Positions 26,318-34,963 of a DNA stretch of 64,000 nt are shown here, piece after piece. This DNA is from Rhodanobacteraceae bacterium (GTDB taxonomy: Bacteria > Pseudomonadota > Gammaproteobacteria > Xanthomonadales > Rhodanobacteraceae): positions 32,420 to 96,419 of the forward strand of contig SCQS01000061.1 in the NCBI GenBank assembly GCA_004299705.1, written 5' to 3'. The first letter of the stretch is position 1, and each line of letters opens with the position of its first letter. A program made the position numbers and the translations under genes. The notes under the pieces are model-generated. The model worked only from the letters and a program-made list of their open reading frames with translations, made no database searches and had not been told where the DNA came from.

Positions 26318-27016
26318 TTAACCCGCCGCAAGCAAGTGCGGCGCATCCAATGACTTCACCGATGCCCTGAAAGTTTCAATGTCATCGAGGGCCGCCAACC
26401 GCCCGTCCTCGATCCGCGCGACGCTGTCGGCCAGCGCGATCACCTCGTCGGGCTGGTGGCTGACCAGGATCGTGGTGAGCGCGAAGCCGCGCTTCAAGCC
26501 GCGCAGGTGTTCCAGCACTTCCATGCGTGCCTCGCGGTGCAGGTTGGCGAGCGGTTCGTCCAGCAGCAGCGCGTGCGGCTGGCGCAACAGCGCACGGCCG
26601 ATCGCGACCCGCCGAATCTGTCCACCCGAGAGCTGTCCGGGCCTGCGTTTCAACAGGGCGGACAATCCCAGCAGTTGCACCACATCGTCGAATGCCGTGG
26701 CCGTGGCACCGCGCGGCATGCCGTAGCGCAGGTTTTCGCGCGCCGTGAAATGCGGGAACAGGCGCGCATCCTGGAACACCACGCCCAGTTCGCGACGCGC
26801 CGGCGGCAGGTCGATGCGCGCGTCGCCATCGAACAACACGTGCTCGCCGATGGCGATGCGCCCCTTGCGCGGATGCAGCAGGCCCGCGATCGCGAGCAGG
26901 GTCGAGGTCTTGCCGCAGCCGGAGTGCCCGAACAACGCCAGCGCGCGGGCGGGTGACGCGAGCGCAAGTTCCAATGCGAACTCGCCGCGATCGAGCGCAA
27001 TGTCGAGTTCGATCAT
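26318..27016 (-). CDS. modC: Molybdate ABC transporter ATP-binding protein (short form, no TOBE domain)
   Basis: Walker A GHSGCGKTS, signature LSGGQIRRVAIGRAL and Walker B LLLDEP. Its 4-nt ATGA overlap with modB suggests translational coupling. Confidence 0.8.
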   Translation of the reverse strand: MIELDIALDRGEFALELALASPARALALFGHSGCGKTSTLLAIAGLLHPRKGRIAIGEHVLFDGDARIDLPPARRELGVVFQDARLFPHFTARENLRYGMPRGATATAFDDVVQLLGLSALLKRRPGQLSGGQIRRVAIGRALLRQPHALLLDEPLANLHREARMEVLEHLRGLKRGFALTTILVSHQPDEVIALADSVARIEDGRLAALDDIETFRASVKSLDAPHLLAAG

Positions 27017-27711
27017 GCCTCGGCTTCCGTGCGGCGCGCGCCGCCGCGCAGCAGCATCATCGCGGCGATCAACGAGGCCAGCAGCGCCACGATCACCGCG
27101 ACCAGCGTCAACCGCAGCGCGCCGCCTTCGCCGCCGGGGGTGGAAATCAGTTCGTACAGCTCGATCGGCAGCGTGCGGGTCTGGCCGGGGATCGACGACA
27201 CGAAGGTGATGGTGGCGCCGAATTCGCCGAACGCACGCGCGAACGCCAGCGCGAGCCCCGCGACCAACCCGCGCAGCGACAGCGGCAAGGTGATGCCGAA
27301 GAAAATGCGCCAGGCACCGGCACCGAGCGTTGCGGCCGCGTTTTCGAGTTTGCGATCGACCGATTCGAACGCGTTGCGCAGCGCCACCACCAGCAACGGA
27401 AACGCCATCACCGCCGCGGCCAGCGCGGCGCCGGTCCAGCGGAACGCGATCGAGAGCCCCGCTTCATCGAGCAGGTGCCCGATCGGCCCGTGGTGGCCGA
27501 ACACCATCAGCAGGATGTAGCCGGTCACCACCGGCGGCAGGATCAACGGCAGCAACAGCAGCCCTTCGAACAGCGGCTTGCCGAAGAAGCGCGTGCGCGC
27601 GAGCAGCCACGCGCAGCCGACCGCGACCGGCAGCGAGCACAGCACACCGACCAGCGACACCTTGAAGCTCAAGGCCAGCGCGACGGTTTCGGCGTGGGTG
27701 AGTGGATTCAT
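27013..27711 (-). CDS. modB: Molybdate ABC transporter permease
   Basis: ModB-type MetI permease: PLILPPVVTGY, the EAA-loop region and AFGEFGATITFVSSIPGQTRTLPIELY. Confidence 0.9.
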   Translation of the reverse strand: MNPLTHAETVALALSFKVSLVGVLCSLPVAVGCAWLLARTRFFGKPLFEGLLLLPLILPPVVTGYILLMVFGHHGPIGHLLDEAGLSIAFRWTGAALAAAVMAFPLLVVALRNAFESVDRKLENAAATLGAGAWRIFFGITLPLSLRGLVAGLALAFARAFGEFGATITFVSSIPGQTRTLPIELYELISTPGGEGGALRLTLVAVIVALLASLIAAMMLLRGGARRTEAEA

Positions 27712-27742
27712 GTGGTGCCTTGACGATTGAAGAGCTGTTTAT

Positions 27743-27824
27743 CCGCAAATGAACGCAAAAAACGCAAATAACAGCAAAAGCGCCATGGCCAAAATCATTT
27801 GCGTTCATTCGCGTTCATTTGCGG
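27743..27824. repeat. REP family C element in the modA-modB intergenic region
   Basis: Left arm ccgcaaatgaacgc(aaaaaacgcaaa), right arm (tttgcgttcattc)gcgttcatttgcgg. The right arm covers the modA stop codon (27815-27817) and the last codons. Confidence 0.75.
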
Positions 27825-28615
27825 ACTGTCTGCTCTGCTTCCGGCAATACCGTGAACCCCCAATGCCGAAACACCTTGCCTGCTTGCGCGGACTCCAATG
27901 CCGCCAGCAGCGCGCGCGCGGCCGCGTTGTCGTGGCCCTTCACGATCGCGACCGGATACACGATCGGCTTGTGCGAGGCAGCGGGAAACGTCGCCAATAC
28001 CTTCACGCGTGGTTCCGACACCGCGTCGGAGCGATACACGATGCCGAGCGGGCATTGCCGCAGCACCACCAGGTTCAGCGCCGCGCGCACGTCGCGCGCC
28101 ATCGCCATGCGCGGCTGCAGCGCCTGCCACAGGCCGAGCCTGGTCAGCGATTGCCTGGCGTAGATGCCGGCGGGCACCGAGTCGGGCAGGGCGATCGCGA
28201 GGCGTCCGTCCTTGCCCAGTGCCTTCAAAAAAGGTGCCGTGCCGTGCGTGACACCCACCTCCGCGTGCGAATCAGCCGGCGCGATCAGCACCAGCGCGTT
28301 GCCCAGCAGGTTCACGCGCGTGTCCGTCAGCACGGCGCCATGTTGCGCGGCATCGTTCATCCAGCGTTCGTCGGCGGAAATGAAGATGTCGGCCGGCGCG
28401 CCGCTTTCGATCTGGCGCGCCAGTGCCGCCGACGACGCATACACCAATTGCGGTGCCGGTGAGCCCAGCTGGCCCGCGTGCGCCATCTGGTCGAGCGCGG
28501 GTTGCAGGCTGGCCGCGGCGAAGATCGTGGGCGGCGCGGCCAATGCAGCCAGCGGCATGCACAATGCGAACAGCGCCAGGCCACGGCGTGCAATACGAAT
28601 GAAAGCTCGCGTCAT
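27815..28615 (-). CDS. modA: Molybdate ABC transporter periplasmic binding protein
   Basis: Signal peptide ...LAALAA, then the ModA family pattern IFAAASL, VYASSAALARQIESGAPADIFISAD and IVYRSDA. Confidence 0.9.
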   Translation of the reverse strand: MTRAFIRIARRGLALFALCMPLAALAAPPTIFAAASLQPALDQMAHAGQLGSPAPQLVYASSAALARQIESGAPADIFISADERWMNDAAQHGAVLTDTRVNLLGNALVLIAPADSHAEVGVTHGTAPFLKALGKDGRLAIALPDSVPAGIYARQSLTRLGLWQALQPRMAMARDVRAALNLVVLRQCPLGIVYRSDAVSEPRVKVLATFPAASHKPIVYPVAIVKGHDNAAARALLAALESAQAGKVFRHWGFTVLPEAEQTVRK

Positions 28616-28651
28616 TAGACTTCCCGAACACTGCCCGGAGCGATTCTACCG

Positions 28652-29329
28652 ATGAACAGCAACGCATCCGCACTCGCGCCCCGCCGCGCCACGACGCCAT
28701 GGTGGCCACTGGTCATCGCCTGCCTGCTGATCCTGATCGGATTCGCGGGGCTGCTGCTGCCGTCCGTGCATGCCCTGGATATCCGCACCCTGCTGGCGAT
28801 GCGGCATCCCGCCGACCCTTCCCAACTGCTTGGGCCGCGCTGGCTGCAGGAAGGCTTGCGCGATTTCATGGGGCTGGGCGGCATCGGCGTGCTGGTGTTG
28901 TTCATCGGCACCGGCATCGTGCTGCTGTGGCTCGCGGAGCGTCGGCGCGACGCCGGCTGGTTCCTGGGCGGCGTGATCGGAGCCTTCATCATCGCGTCGG
29001 TGCTGAAGCACGTGATCGGCCGTCCGCGCCCCGAGTTGATCCCGCACGAAACGTACGTGTTCACCGCGAGCTTCCCGAGTGGCAACACGCTGATGGCGAC
29101 CGTCGTGTGGTTGCTGCTGGCGCTGGTGCTGGCCGATGCCACGCGCCGGCGCCTGTTGCGCGAGTTCGCCGTGCTGGTGGCGCTGGTGATCGCGTTGCTG
29201 GTCGGCGTCAGCCGCGTGTACATGGGCGTGCACTGGCCCAGCGACGTGATCGAAGCGTGGGGCCTGGCGATGGCATGGGTGTGGCTGTTGCGCAGATTCT
29301 GGCACGCGGGCGTCAACGGCCCCAGGTGA
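28652..29329 (+). CDS. PAP2 family phosphatase (membrane)
   Basis: PAP2 motifs KHVIGRPRP, SFPSGNT and SRVYMGVHWPSDV, with multiple TM helices. Confidence 0.85.
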   Translation: MNSNASALAPRRATTPWWPLVIACLLILIGFAGLLLPSVHALDIRTLLAMRHPADPSQLLGPRWLQEGLRDFMGLGGIGVLVLFIGTGIVLLWLAERRRDAGWFLGGVIGAFIIASVLKHVIGRPRPELIPHETYVFTASFPSGNTLMATVVWLLLALVLADATRRRLLREFAVLVALVIALLVGVSRVYMGVHWPSDVIEAWGLAMAWVWLLRRFWHAGVNGPR

Positions 29330-29858
29330 CATCGAGCGTGGCTTTGGCGAGCGTGTGTTGCCTGATCGCCGCCAATGCGTCTTGGCGGCTGAAGTGCGCG
29401 GCGAGGCCGAGTTCCGGCACGTTCAGCGCGTACACCGTGATCACGTAGTGGTGCGGCGCGCCGGGCGGCGGGCAGGGGCCTGAATAGCCCGCGTTACCGA
29501 AATCATTCTTCAGTTGCTCGGTGTCGCCCGGTGCATTGCCGCTGTGCGGGGTGCCGGCGCCGGCGTTCAGGCCGTGCGCACCGACCGAAATGTCGAATGC
29601 GATCCAGTGCCAGAAACCGCCCTTGACGCTGGTGTCGTACATGGTGACGGCGTAGCTTTCGGTGCCCGCTGGCGGGTCGTGCCATTGCAGCGGTGGCGAC
29701 TGGTTGCCGCCGCCGCATTCGGTATAGACATTAGTCAGCGGCATGCTGGCGCCCGCGTGCAGGGTCGGGCTGTCTAGGCTGAAGCCTTGCGCGGCCAGTG
29801 CGATGGCCGGCGCCAGCGCGAGACACGACCAGAGCAACATCCGGCGTATCGCGGTCAT
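29313..29858 (-). CDS. YbhB/YbcL family Raf-kinase-inhibitor-like (PEBP) protein, exported
   Basis: Lies within ORF 29313..30257; start at MTAIRRMLLWSCLALAPAIALAA. PEBP motifs SPPLQW, YAVTMYD, FWHWIAFDI and YSGPCPPPGAPHHYVITVYAL. Confidence 0.85.
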   Translation of the reverse strand: MTAIRRMLLWSCLALAPAIALAAQGFSLDSPTLHAGASMPLTNVYTECGGGNQSPPLQWHDPPAGTESYAVTMYDTSVKGGFWHWIAFDISVGAHGLNAGAGTPHSGNAPGDTEQLKNDFGNAGYSGPCPPPGAPHHYVITVYALNVPELGLAAHFSRQDALAAIRQHTLAKATLDVTWGR

Positions 29859-30229
29859 GCCGTGGCCCGCTTGCGCGACGCGTGTTCGCGCAGGTATTCG
29901 GCCAGCACCACCGCGTTGCAGTGTTTTTCGTCGTGCGCCATGAACAACAGGGTCGCGTTGGGATGTTCCTTCAGCAGGCCCTGCAGTTCCGCGACCGCAT
30001 CGGGATTCGCGTCCAACTCGGCGCGGTAGCGTTTGCGGAACTCTTCCCACTTCGCGGGATCGTGTCCGAACCACTTGCGCAGCTCGGTGCTGGGCGCGAT
30101 GTCGCGCACCCACGCGGTCAGCTGCAGTTTCTCTTTCGATTGGCCGCGCGGCCACAGCCGGTCGATGAGGATACGCGCGCCGTCGGCGCGGGTCAGCGGT
30201 TCGGTCACGCGTTTGATCTTGAATGCCAT
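29855..30229 (-). CDS. DUF488 family protein
   Basis: Lies within ORF 29855..30643; start at MAFKIKRVTEP. DUF488 pattern ILIDRLWPRG and WVRDIAPSTELRKWFGHDPAKWEEFRKRY. It shares a 4-nt ATGA overlap with the PEBP gene. Confidence 0.8.
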   Translation of the reverse strand: MAFKIKRVTEPLTRADGARILIDRLWPRGQSKEKLQLTAWVRDIAPSTELRKWFGHDPAKWEEFRKRYRAELDANPDAVAELQGLLKEHPNATLLFMAHDEKHCNAVVLAEYLREHASRKRATA

Positions 30230-30296
30230 GGCAACCTCCGTTGTGTGATGGCTGCACATCGCGGCATCATACGCGTTTGTCCGCGAAAGGTTCACC

Positions 30297-30758
30297 ATGA
30301 CTCGTCGTTTGATCGTGCGTCGCTCACCCATCCACGGCAACGGCGTGTATGCCGCGGTCGATATTCCCGCGCGCACCGTGTTGATCCAGTACAAGGGCCG
30401 ACTGATTACCCACGCCGAAGCCGACCGCCTGTACGACGACGGCGCCGATACCGGCCACACCTTCCTGTTCACGCTCAACGACCAGTACATCGTCGATGCC
30501 AACGTCAGTGGCAACAGCGCACGCTGGATCAACCATTCCTGCGCGCCGAACTGCCGCGCTTGGATCGAGGAAGTCGACGGCGCGAAAAAGGACAAGGTAC
30601 TCATCGAGTCGAAGCGCGCGATCAAGGCCGGCGAGGAACTCACCTACAACTACGGCATCGTGCTGGACGTGCCGCACACGCCGAAGATGAAGAAGCTTTG
30701 GGCCTGCCGCTGCGGTGCCAGGAAGTGCACGGGCACGCTTCTGCAGCCCAAGCGCTGA
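30297..30758 (+). CDS. SET domain protein (putative protein-lysine methyltransferase)
   Basis: SET motifs SPIHGNGVYA, ARWINHSCAPNC, ELTYNY and the post-SET Cys cluster CRCGARKCTG. Confidence 0.85.
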   Translation: MTRRLIVRRSPIHGNGVYAAVDIPARTVLIQYKGRLITHAEADRLYDDGADTGHTFLFTLNDQYIVDANVSGNSARWINHSCAPNCRAWIEEVDGAKKDKVLIESKRAIKAGEELTYNYGIVLDVPHTPKMKKLWACRCGARKCTGTLLQPKR

Positions 30759-30905
30759 CCGTTCGACGCGATATCGCGCTCGACGTGTGACGGCCTGCGG
30801 CCCCAAGGAGTCGCTGACCACCGGCGGCTCTCGGGAAAACGCACTTCAAAGCTTGATCTCGGCTGCCCGCAGCCTCCATAGCGTGATGATGGCCGGCTGT
30901 GGGGA

Positions 30906-31823
30906 CTATTGAGCGTTGCTGGCCAACAGTCGAGCCACTATCTGCGAGCGAACTTCTGCGCTGCCGAGAAGCTGGTGCCCGGCGTCTGGTATGAAGTGGG
31001 TTTCGCATCCGGGAATCAATTTGGAAAATTCACGGGCGGTGGATATGGGCACATTCGTGTCAGCGGTGCCGTGCCACATGAATACGGGGGCTGTCAGCCT
31101 CCCAAGGTCAAGGTGCCAGGGCCGACTGACTAGCAGCAGGTCGCGATAGGGGCCGTCACCGCCTTGGCGAAACGCCTCCTGCAAAATCAGCCGCATGTTT
31201 TCTCCACCTTGCCCTTCCAAGAGCCGCCTATCCCATTCGGGCAGGCCTGCGAGTTGTTTCGCCTTTACGCGCGCCAACTTCCGTGCCTGTCTTGAATCAG
31301 GCTCAGGTTGTGATAGCCGCTTCTTCATGGCTTTGGCTTGGAGCGCGAACATCCCCCTGAGAACCAAGGGCGCATATCTCGCCAGGAAGAAAACAATCCT
31401 ATTCCCTCTATTCATCTCCTTCGATGGTGGCATCACCTCTGGTGGCCCCCCGCTGCAAATCAAGGTCACCGACAGCACTCGCTCCGGAGAATGGATTGCG
31501 CAGGCCAGCGCATAAGGGCCGCCACCCGACCCACCGGCAACGTGGTAGCGAGCCAATCCAAGGTGGTTGGCCAACTGCTCCACATCCGTTGCCCAGTCCA
31601 TGATCGTGCGTTTGCGATCCGGATCGGAAAGACCATAGCCGGGGCGGTCGGGGATAATGATGCGAAGGCCGTTTTCGTTGATCCACGGCGCGGTTTCCAA
31701 CCGCTTCATGATGCGGCAGCCAGGTGTGCCGTGAAATAGCAGTAGCGGAATGCCATCTGCTTTGCCGTACTCGGCAAAGCCTAGTTTTCTACCGTCGCGC
31801 AACGTTGTCGTGTTGTCTTGCAT
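30906..31823 (-). CDS. Alpha/beta hydrolase
   Basis: ORF 30906..31949; start at MQDNTTTLRDGRKLGF. Oxyanion HGTPG, nucleophile elbow GGSGGG(PY) and C-terminal DAGH. GC is lower than in the surroundings. Confidence 0.8.
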   Translation of the reverse strand: MQDNTTTLRDGRKLGFAEYGKADGIPLLLFHGTPGCRIMKRLETAPWINENGLRIIIPDRPGYGLSDPDRKRTIMDWATDVEQLANHLGLARYHVAGGSGGGPYALACAIHSPERVLSVTLICSGGPPEVMPPSKEMNRGNRIVFFLARYAPLVLRGMFALQAKAMKKRLSQPEPDSRQARKLARVKAKQLAGLPEWDRRLLEGQGGENMRLILQEAFRQGGDGPYRDLLLVSRPWHLDLGRLTAPVFMWHGTADTNVPISTAREFSKLIPGCETHFIPDAGHQLLGSAEVRSQIVARLLASNAQ

Positions 31824-31863
31824 TGGTTTCCCTTTTCGCTTTGCCGAATAGGCCGTCCGTGAA

Positions 31864-32412
31864 TCAATCGGGCTTCGCGTGTTTCTCGGGCAGAGTGACG
31901 ATGGATACAGTGCGCCGTATCCGATGCTCGCCAGGCCCGCGTTTTGCAAATTTGTTGATGAGCGCCATCAAGGCTTCCATGAAGCGGGTGAATTCCTCTG
32001 CCGAAGCGAGGATGGGTACCTGCAAATAGTGAACGTCATCGCGCTGTACATCGACATCACCGCTGCGGATGTATCGGCCAAAGTCTTCGAGCAACGATGC
32101 GACAAAAACCGAGAAGTACTTCTGATGTGCCTCTGGATCGATGGCCCCGATCTCTTCCGCTGGTACCGCGACGGCTTTGGGATTGATGCGATAGCTTCGT
32201 TCCAGGGCGCCGCGCACGGGCGTTTCCGCAGTCACGGTCAAGACGCCGACTTGCGTCAATCGGCTCAAGTGCCTGTAGAGCGTGGCCTGTGGAACATCGT
32301 CAAGCATGTTTGCCAGATCTCTGGCGGTGCGTTCACCCGTCCCCGCAAATGCACGCACGATCCGCATGCGGGTAGGGTGCAGCAAGACATCCAAGACGGT
32401 CTTTCTAGTCAT
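31864..32412 (-). CDS. Winged-helix (ArsR-like) transcriptional regulator
   Basis: ORF 31864..32421 (TTG); ATG at 32412 (MTRKTVLDVLLHPTRMRIV). HTH region ARDLANMLDDVPQATLYRHLSRLTQVGVL. Lies upstream of, and co-directional with, the hydrolase gene. Confidence 0.7.
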   Translation of the reverse strand: MTRKTVLDVLLHPTRMRIVRAFAGTGERTARDLANMLDDVPQATLYRHLSRLTQVGVLTVTAETPVRGALERSYRINPKAVAVPAEEIGAIDPEAHQKYFSVFVASLLEDFGRYIRSGDVDVQRDDVHYLQVPILASAEEFTRFMEALMALINKFAKRGPGEHRIRRTVSIVTLPEKHAKPD

Positions 32413-32420
32413 AATAGTCA

Positions 32421-32444
32421 ACCTTTATCAGTAATGATAAAGGT
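32421..32444. promoter_or_regulatory. Perfect 10-bp inverted repeat; candidate operator of the ArsR-like regulator
   Basis: ACCTTTATCA-gtaa-TGATAAAGGT starts 9 nt upstream of the regulator ATG, in an AT-rich stretch. Confidence 0.5.
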
Positions 32445-32735
32445 ATGTCAGAGTTATGATCTGTGTCAAGCTGCGGTGCCAACAAGGACAAGGCATTGTG
32501 GGCGGGTTGCCGCGCTTTGTTGTGCGACACAGCCTGAAAAGCGCCCAATGGCGGGTTTACGGTAGTGCGCTTGGGGGCGCGACAGTCGGCAGTGGGTCGA
32601 TTTCAACAATGTACGGGTGTGCCGCTTGTCGGGCGCTTGCCGCAATATCGCTAGCGGACTTGTCTTCATCCGGGATGAAGGGGTTGTCGCTGACTGGGTA
32701 CATGGCACCGAACCGGGGTCGGTGCGCCGGCGTCG

Positions 32736-34787
32736 TCAATCCTCATCCACTTTGGGCTTGTACGCTTCGGTGAGTTGCTTCTGGATCTGCGCCGGCACCG
32801 GATCGTAGTGCGACAGTTCCATCGCGAAGCGGCCCTCGCCGCCGGTCAGCGAGCGCAACTCGGTCTGGTAATCCACGACTTCGGCCAACGGTGCCTGCGC
32901 CTTGATTACCAGCACGCCGCCGCGCAGCGAATCGGTGCCGTTGATGCGCGCGCGCTTGGAGGCGAGTCCGCCGGTGACGTCGCCCATGTATTGCTCGGGC
33001 ACGTTGACGTCGAGGTTGACGATGGGTTCCAGCACCATCGGTTTGGCTTTCGACACCGCATCGAGGAACGCCTTCTTGCCGGCCGACACGAACGCGACTT
33101 CCTTGGAATCGACCGGGTGGTACTTGCCGTCGTACACGACCACGCGCACATCCTGCATCGGGTAGCCGGCGACCGCGCCGTGCTCCAGTACCTGGCGCAC
33201 GCCCTTCTCGATCGCCGGGATGTACTGGTTGGGAATCACGCCGCCCTTGCTCTCGTCGGCGAACTCGAAGCCCGCCCCGCGCGGCAGCGGTTCCACGCGC
33301 AGGAACACCTCGCCGAACTGGCCGGCGCCGCCGGTCTGCTTCTTGTGACGATGATGGCCTTCGGCCTTGGCGCCGATGGTTTCGCGATAGGCGATGCGCG
33401 GCGGGTGGGTGACGACTTCCACGCCGTATTTGTCGCGCATCCTTGCCAGCGTGAGTTTCAGGTGCAGGTCGGACAGGCCGCGCAGCACGGTTTCGTTCAG
33501 CTCCTTGTTGTGCTCGACGCCGAGGCAGGGGTCCTCCTCGGCGAGCTTCGCCAGCGCGGTCGCGAGTTTCTGGTCCTGGCCCTTGTGTTTGGGCTCCACC
33601 GCCAAGCCGAACATCGACAACGGATAGGCAAGCGGCCGCAGGTGGATCGCATCCTCGTCGTGCGAATCGTGCAGCACCGCGTCGAAATGGATTTCCTCGA
33701 CCTTGGCGACGCCCGCGATGTCGCCCGGAATCGCCTGCTCGATCTCGATGTGGTCCTTGCCCTGCAATCTCAGCAGGTGCCCGACCTTGAACGGCTTCTT
33801 GCCGTCGTCGATGAACAGTTGCGAATCCTTCTTCACCGTGCCCTGCCACACCCGGAACACCGCGAGCTTGCCGACGAAGGGATCGTTGATGATCTTGAAC
33901 ACGTCGGCGAGCACGTGCGCGTCGGGGTCGGGTTTGGCTTCGATGGGTTTGGCGCCGCCGCCGGTTCCCTTCATGAACGGCGGCGGATTGGCTTCACCCG
34001 GATGCGGCAAAAGTTTCTGCGCGATCTGCAGCCACTCCGCGACGCCCGCGCCGCTGCGCGCGGAGGTGAAACAGATCGGCACCAGGTGTCCCTCGCGCAG
34101 GCATTGCTCGAACGCCAAGTGCAGGTCCTCCGGCGAGAGTTTCTCCTCGCCGTCTTCCAGGTAACGCCCCATCAATCGCTCGTTGATTTCGACCACCTGG
34201 TCGATGATGCGCTGGTGAGCGTCGGCCACTGAACCTAGGTCGCTCGCGCCCGCGTGTGTGAAAAAGCAATCGACGACCTTCGCGCCATGTTCGGCCGGCA
34301 GGTTCACAGGCAGGCATTCCGCACCGAATTCGTCGCGCAGCGCATCCACGAGCGCGGCAAGGTCGAGGTCCTCCATGTCGATGCGGTTGATCACCAGCAT
34401 CCGCGCGAGACCGCGTTGCTTCGCGTAGTGCATCAGGCGGCGCGTGCCGTGTTCGATGCCGATGGTGGCATTCACCACCACCGCGCAGGTTTCCACCGCG
34501 GCCAGTGCCGACAGCGTCTCGCCGCGGAAATCCGCGTAGCCCGCGGTGTCGATCAGGTTGATATGGCAGCCTGCGGCGTCCAGCGATGCGATCGATGCGT
34601 GGATGGAGTGCTGGCGCTCGCGCTCCTGTTCGTCGAAATCGGACACGGTGCTGCCGCGCTCGACCGTGCCGGCCGTTTGCAACGCGCCGCCGGCGTGCAA
34701 CAGGGCTTCGAACAGGGTGGTCTTGCCGGCGCCGGCGTGGCCGGCCAAGGCCACGTTGCGGATGTCCACGGTGGAGTAGGCGCTCAT
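32736..34787 (-). CDS. Elongation factor G paralog (EF-G2-like translational GTPase)
   Basis: G1 AGHAGAGKTT, G3 DTAGYADF and G4 NRID, with EF-G domains II-V conserved along the full length. It is not in a ribosomal str-operon context. Confidence 0.9.
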   Translation of the reverse strand: MSAYSTVDIRNVALAGHAGAGKTTLFEALLHAGGALQTAGTVERGSTVSDFDEQERERQHSIHASIASLDAAGCHINLIDTAGYADFRGETLSALAAVETCAVVVNATIGIEHGTRRLMHYAKQRGLARMLVINRIDMEDLDLAALVDALRDEFGAECLPVNLPAEHGAKVVDCFFTHAGASDLGSVADAHQRIIDQVVEINERLMGRYLEDGEEKLSPEDLHLAFEQCLREGHLVPICFTSARSGAGVAEWLQIAQKLLPHPGEANPPPFMKGTGGGAKPIEAKPDPDAHVLADVFKIINDPFVGKLAVFRVWQGTVKKDSQLFIDDGKKPFKVGHLLRLQGKDHIEIEQAIPGDIAGVAKVEEIHFDAVLHDSHDEDAIHLRPLAYPLSMFGLAVEPKHKGQDQKLATALAKLAEEDPCLGVEHNKELNETVLRGLSDLHLKLTLARMRDKYGVEVVTHPPRIAYRETIGAKAEGHHRHKKQTGGAGQFGEVFLRVEPLPRGAGFEFADESKGGVIPNQYIPAIEKGVRQVLEHGAVAGYPMQDVRVVVYDGKYHPVDSKEVAFVSAGKKAFLDAVSKAKPMVLEPIVNLDVNVPEQYMGDVTGGLASKRARINGTDSLRGGVLVIKAQAPLAEVVDYQTELRSLTGGEGRFAMELSHYDPVPAQIQKQLTEAYKPKVDED

Positions 34788-34963
34788 GCTGACCTCACTT
34801 TCCGATGGCGGCAGGCATGAAACCTTGCGCCCAAAACCCTGTCCCGGTCAAGCGCAGCGGAACCTGCGCCGCATGTGGTGGTCTGAACACCGTCACGAGC
34901 GGGCGATCACCGCGCATCCCCTACACTGCAAGGCGCGCACAGGCGCGCGCATCGGTCGGCCGC

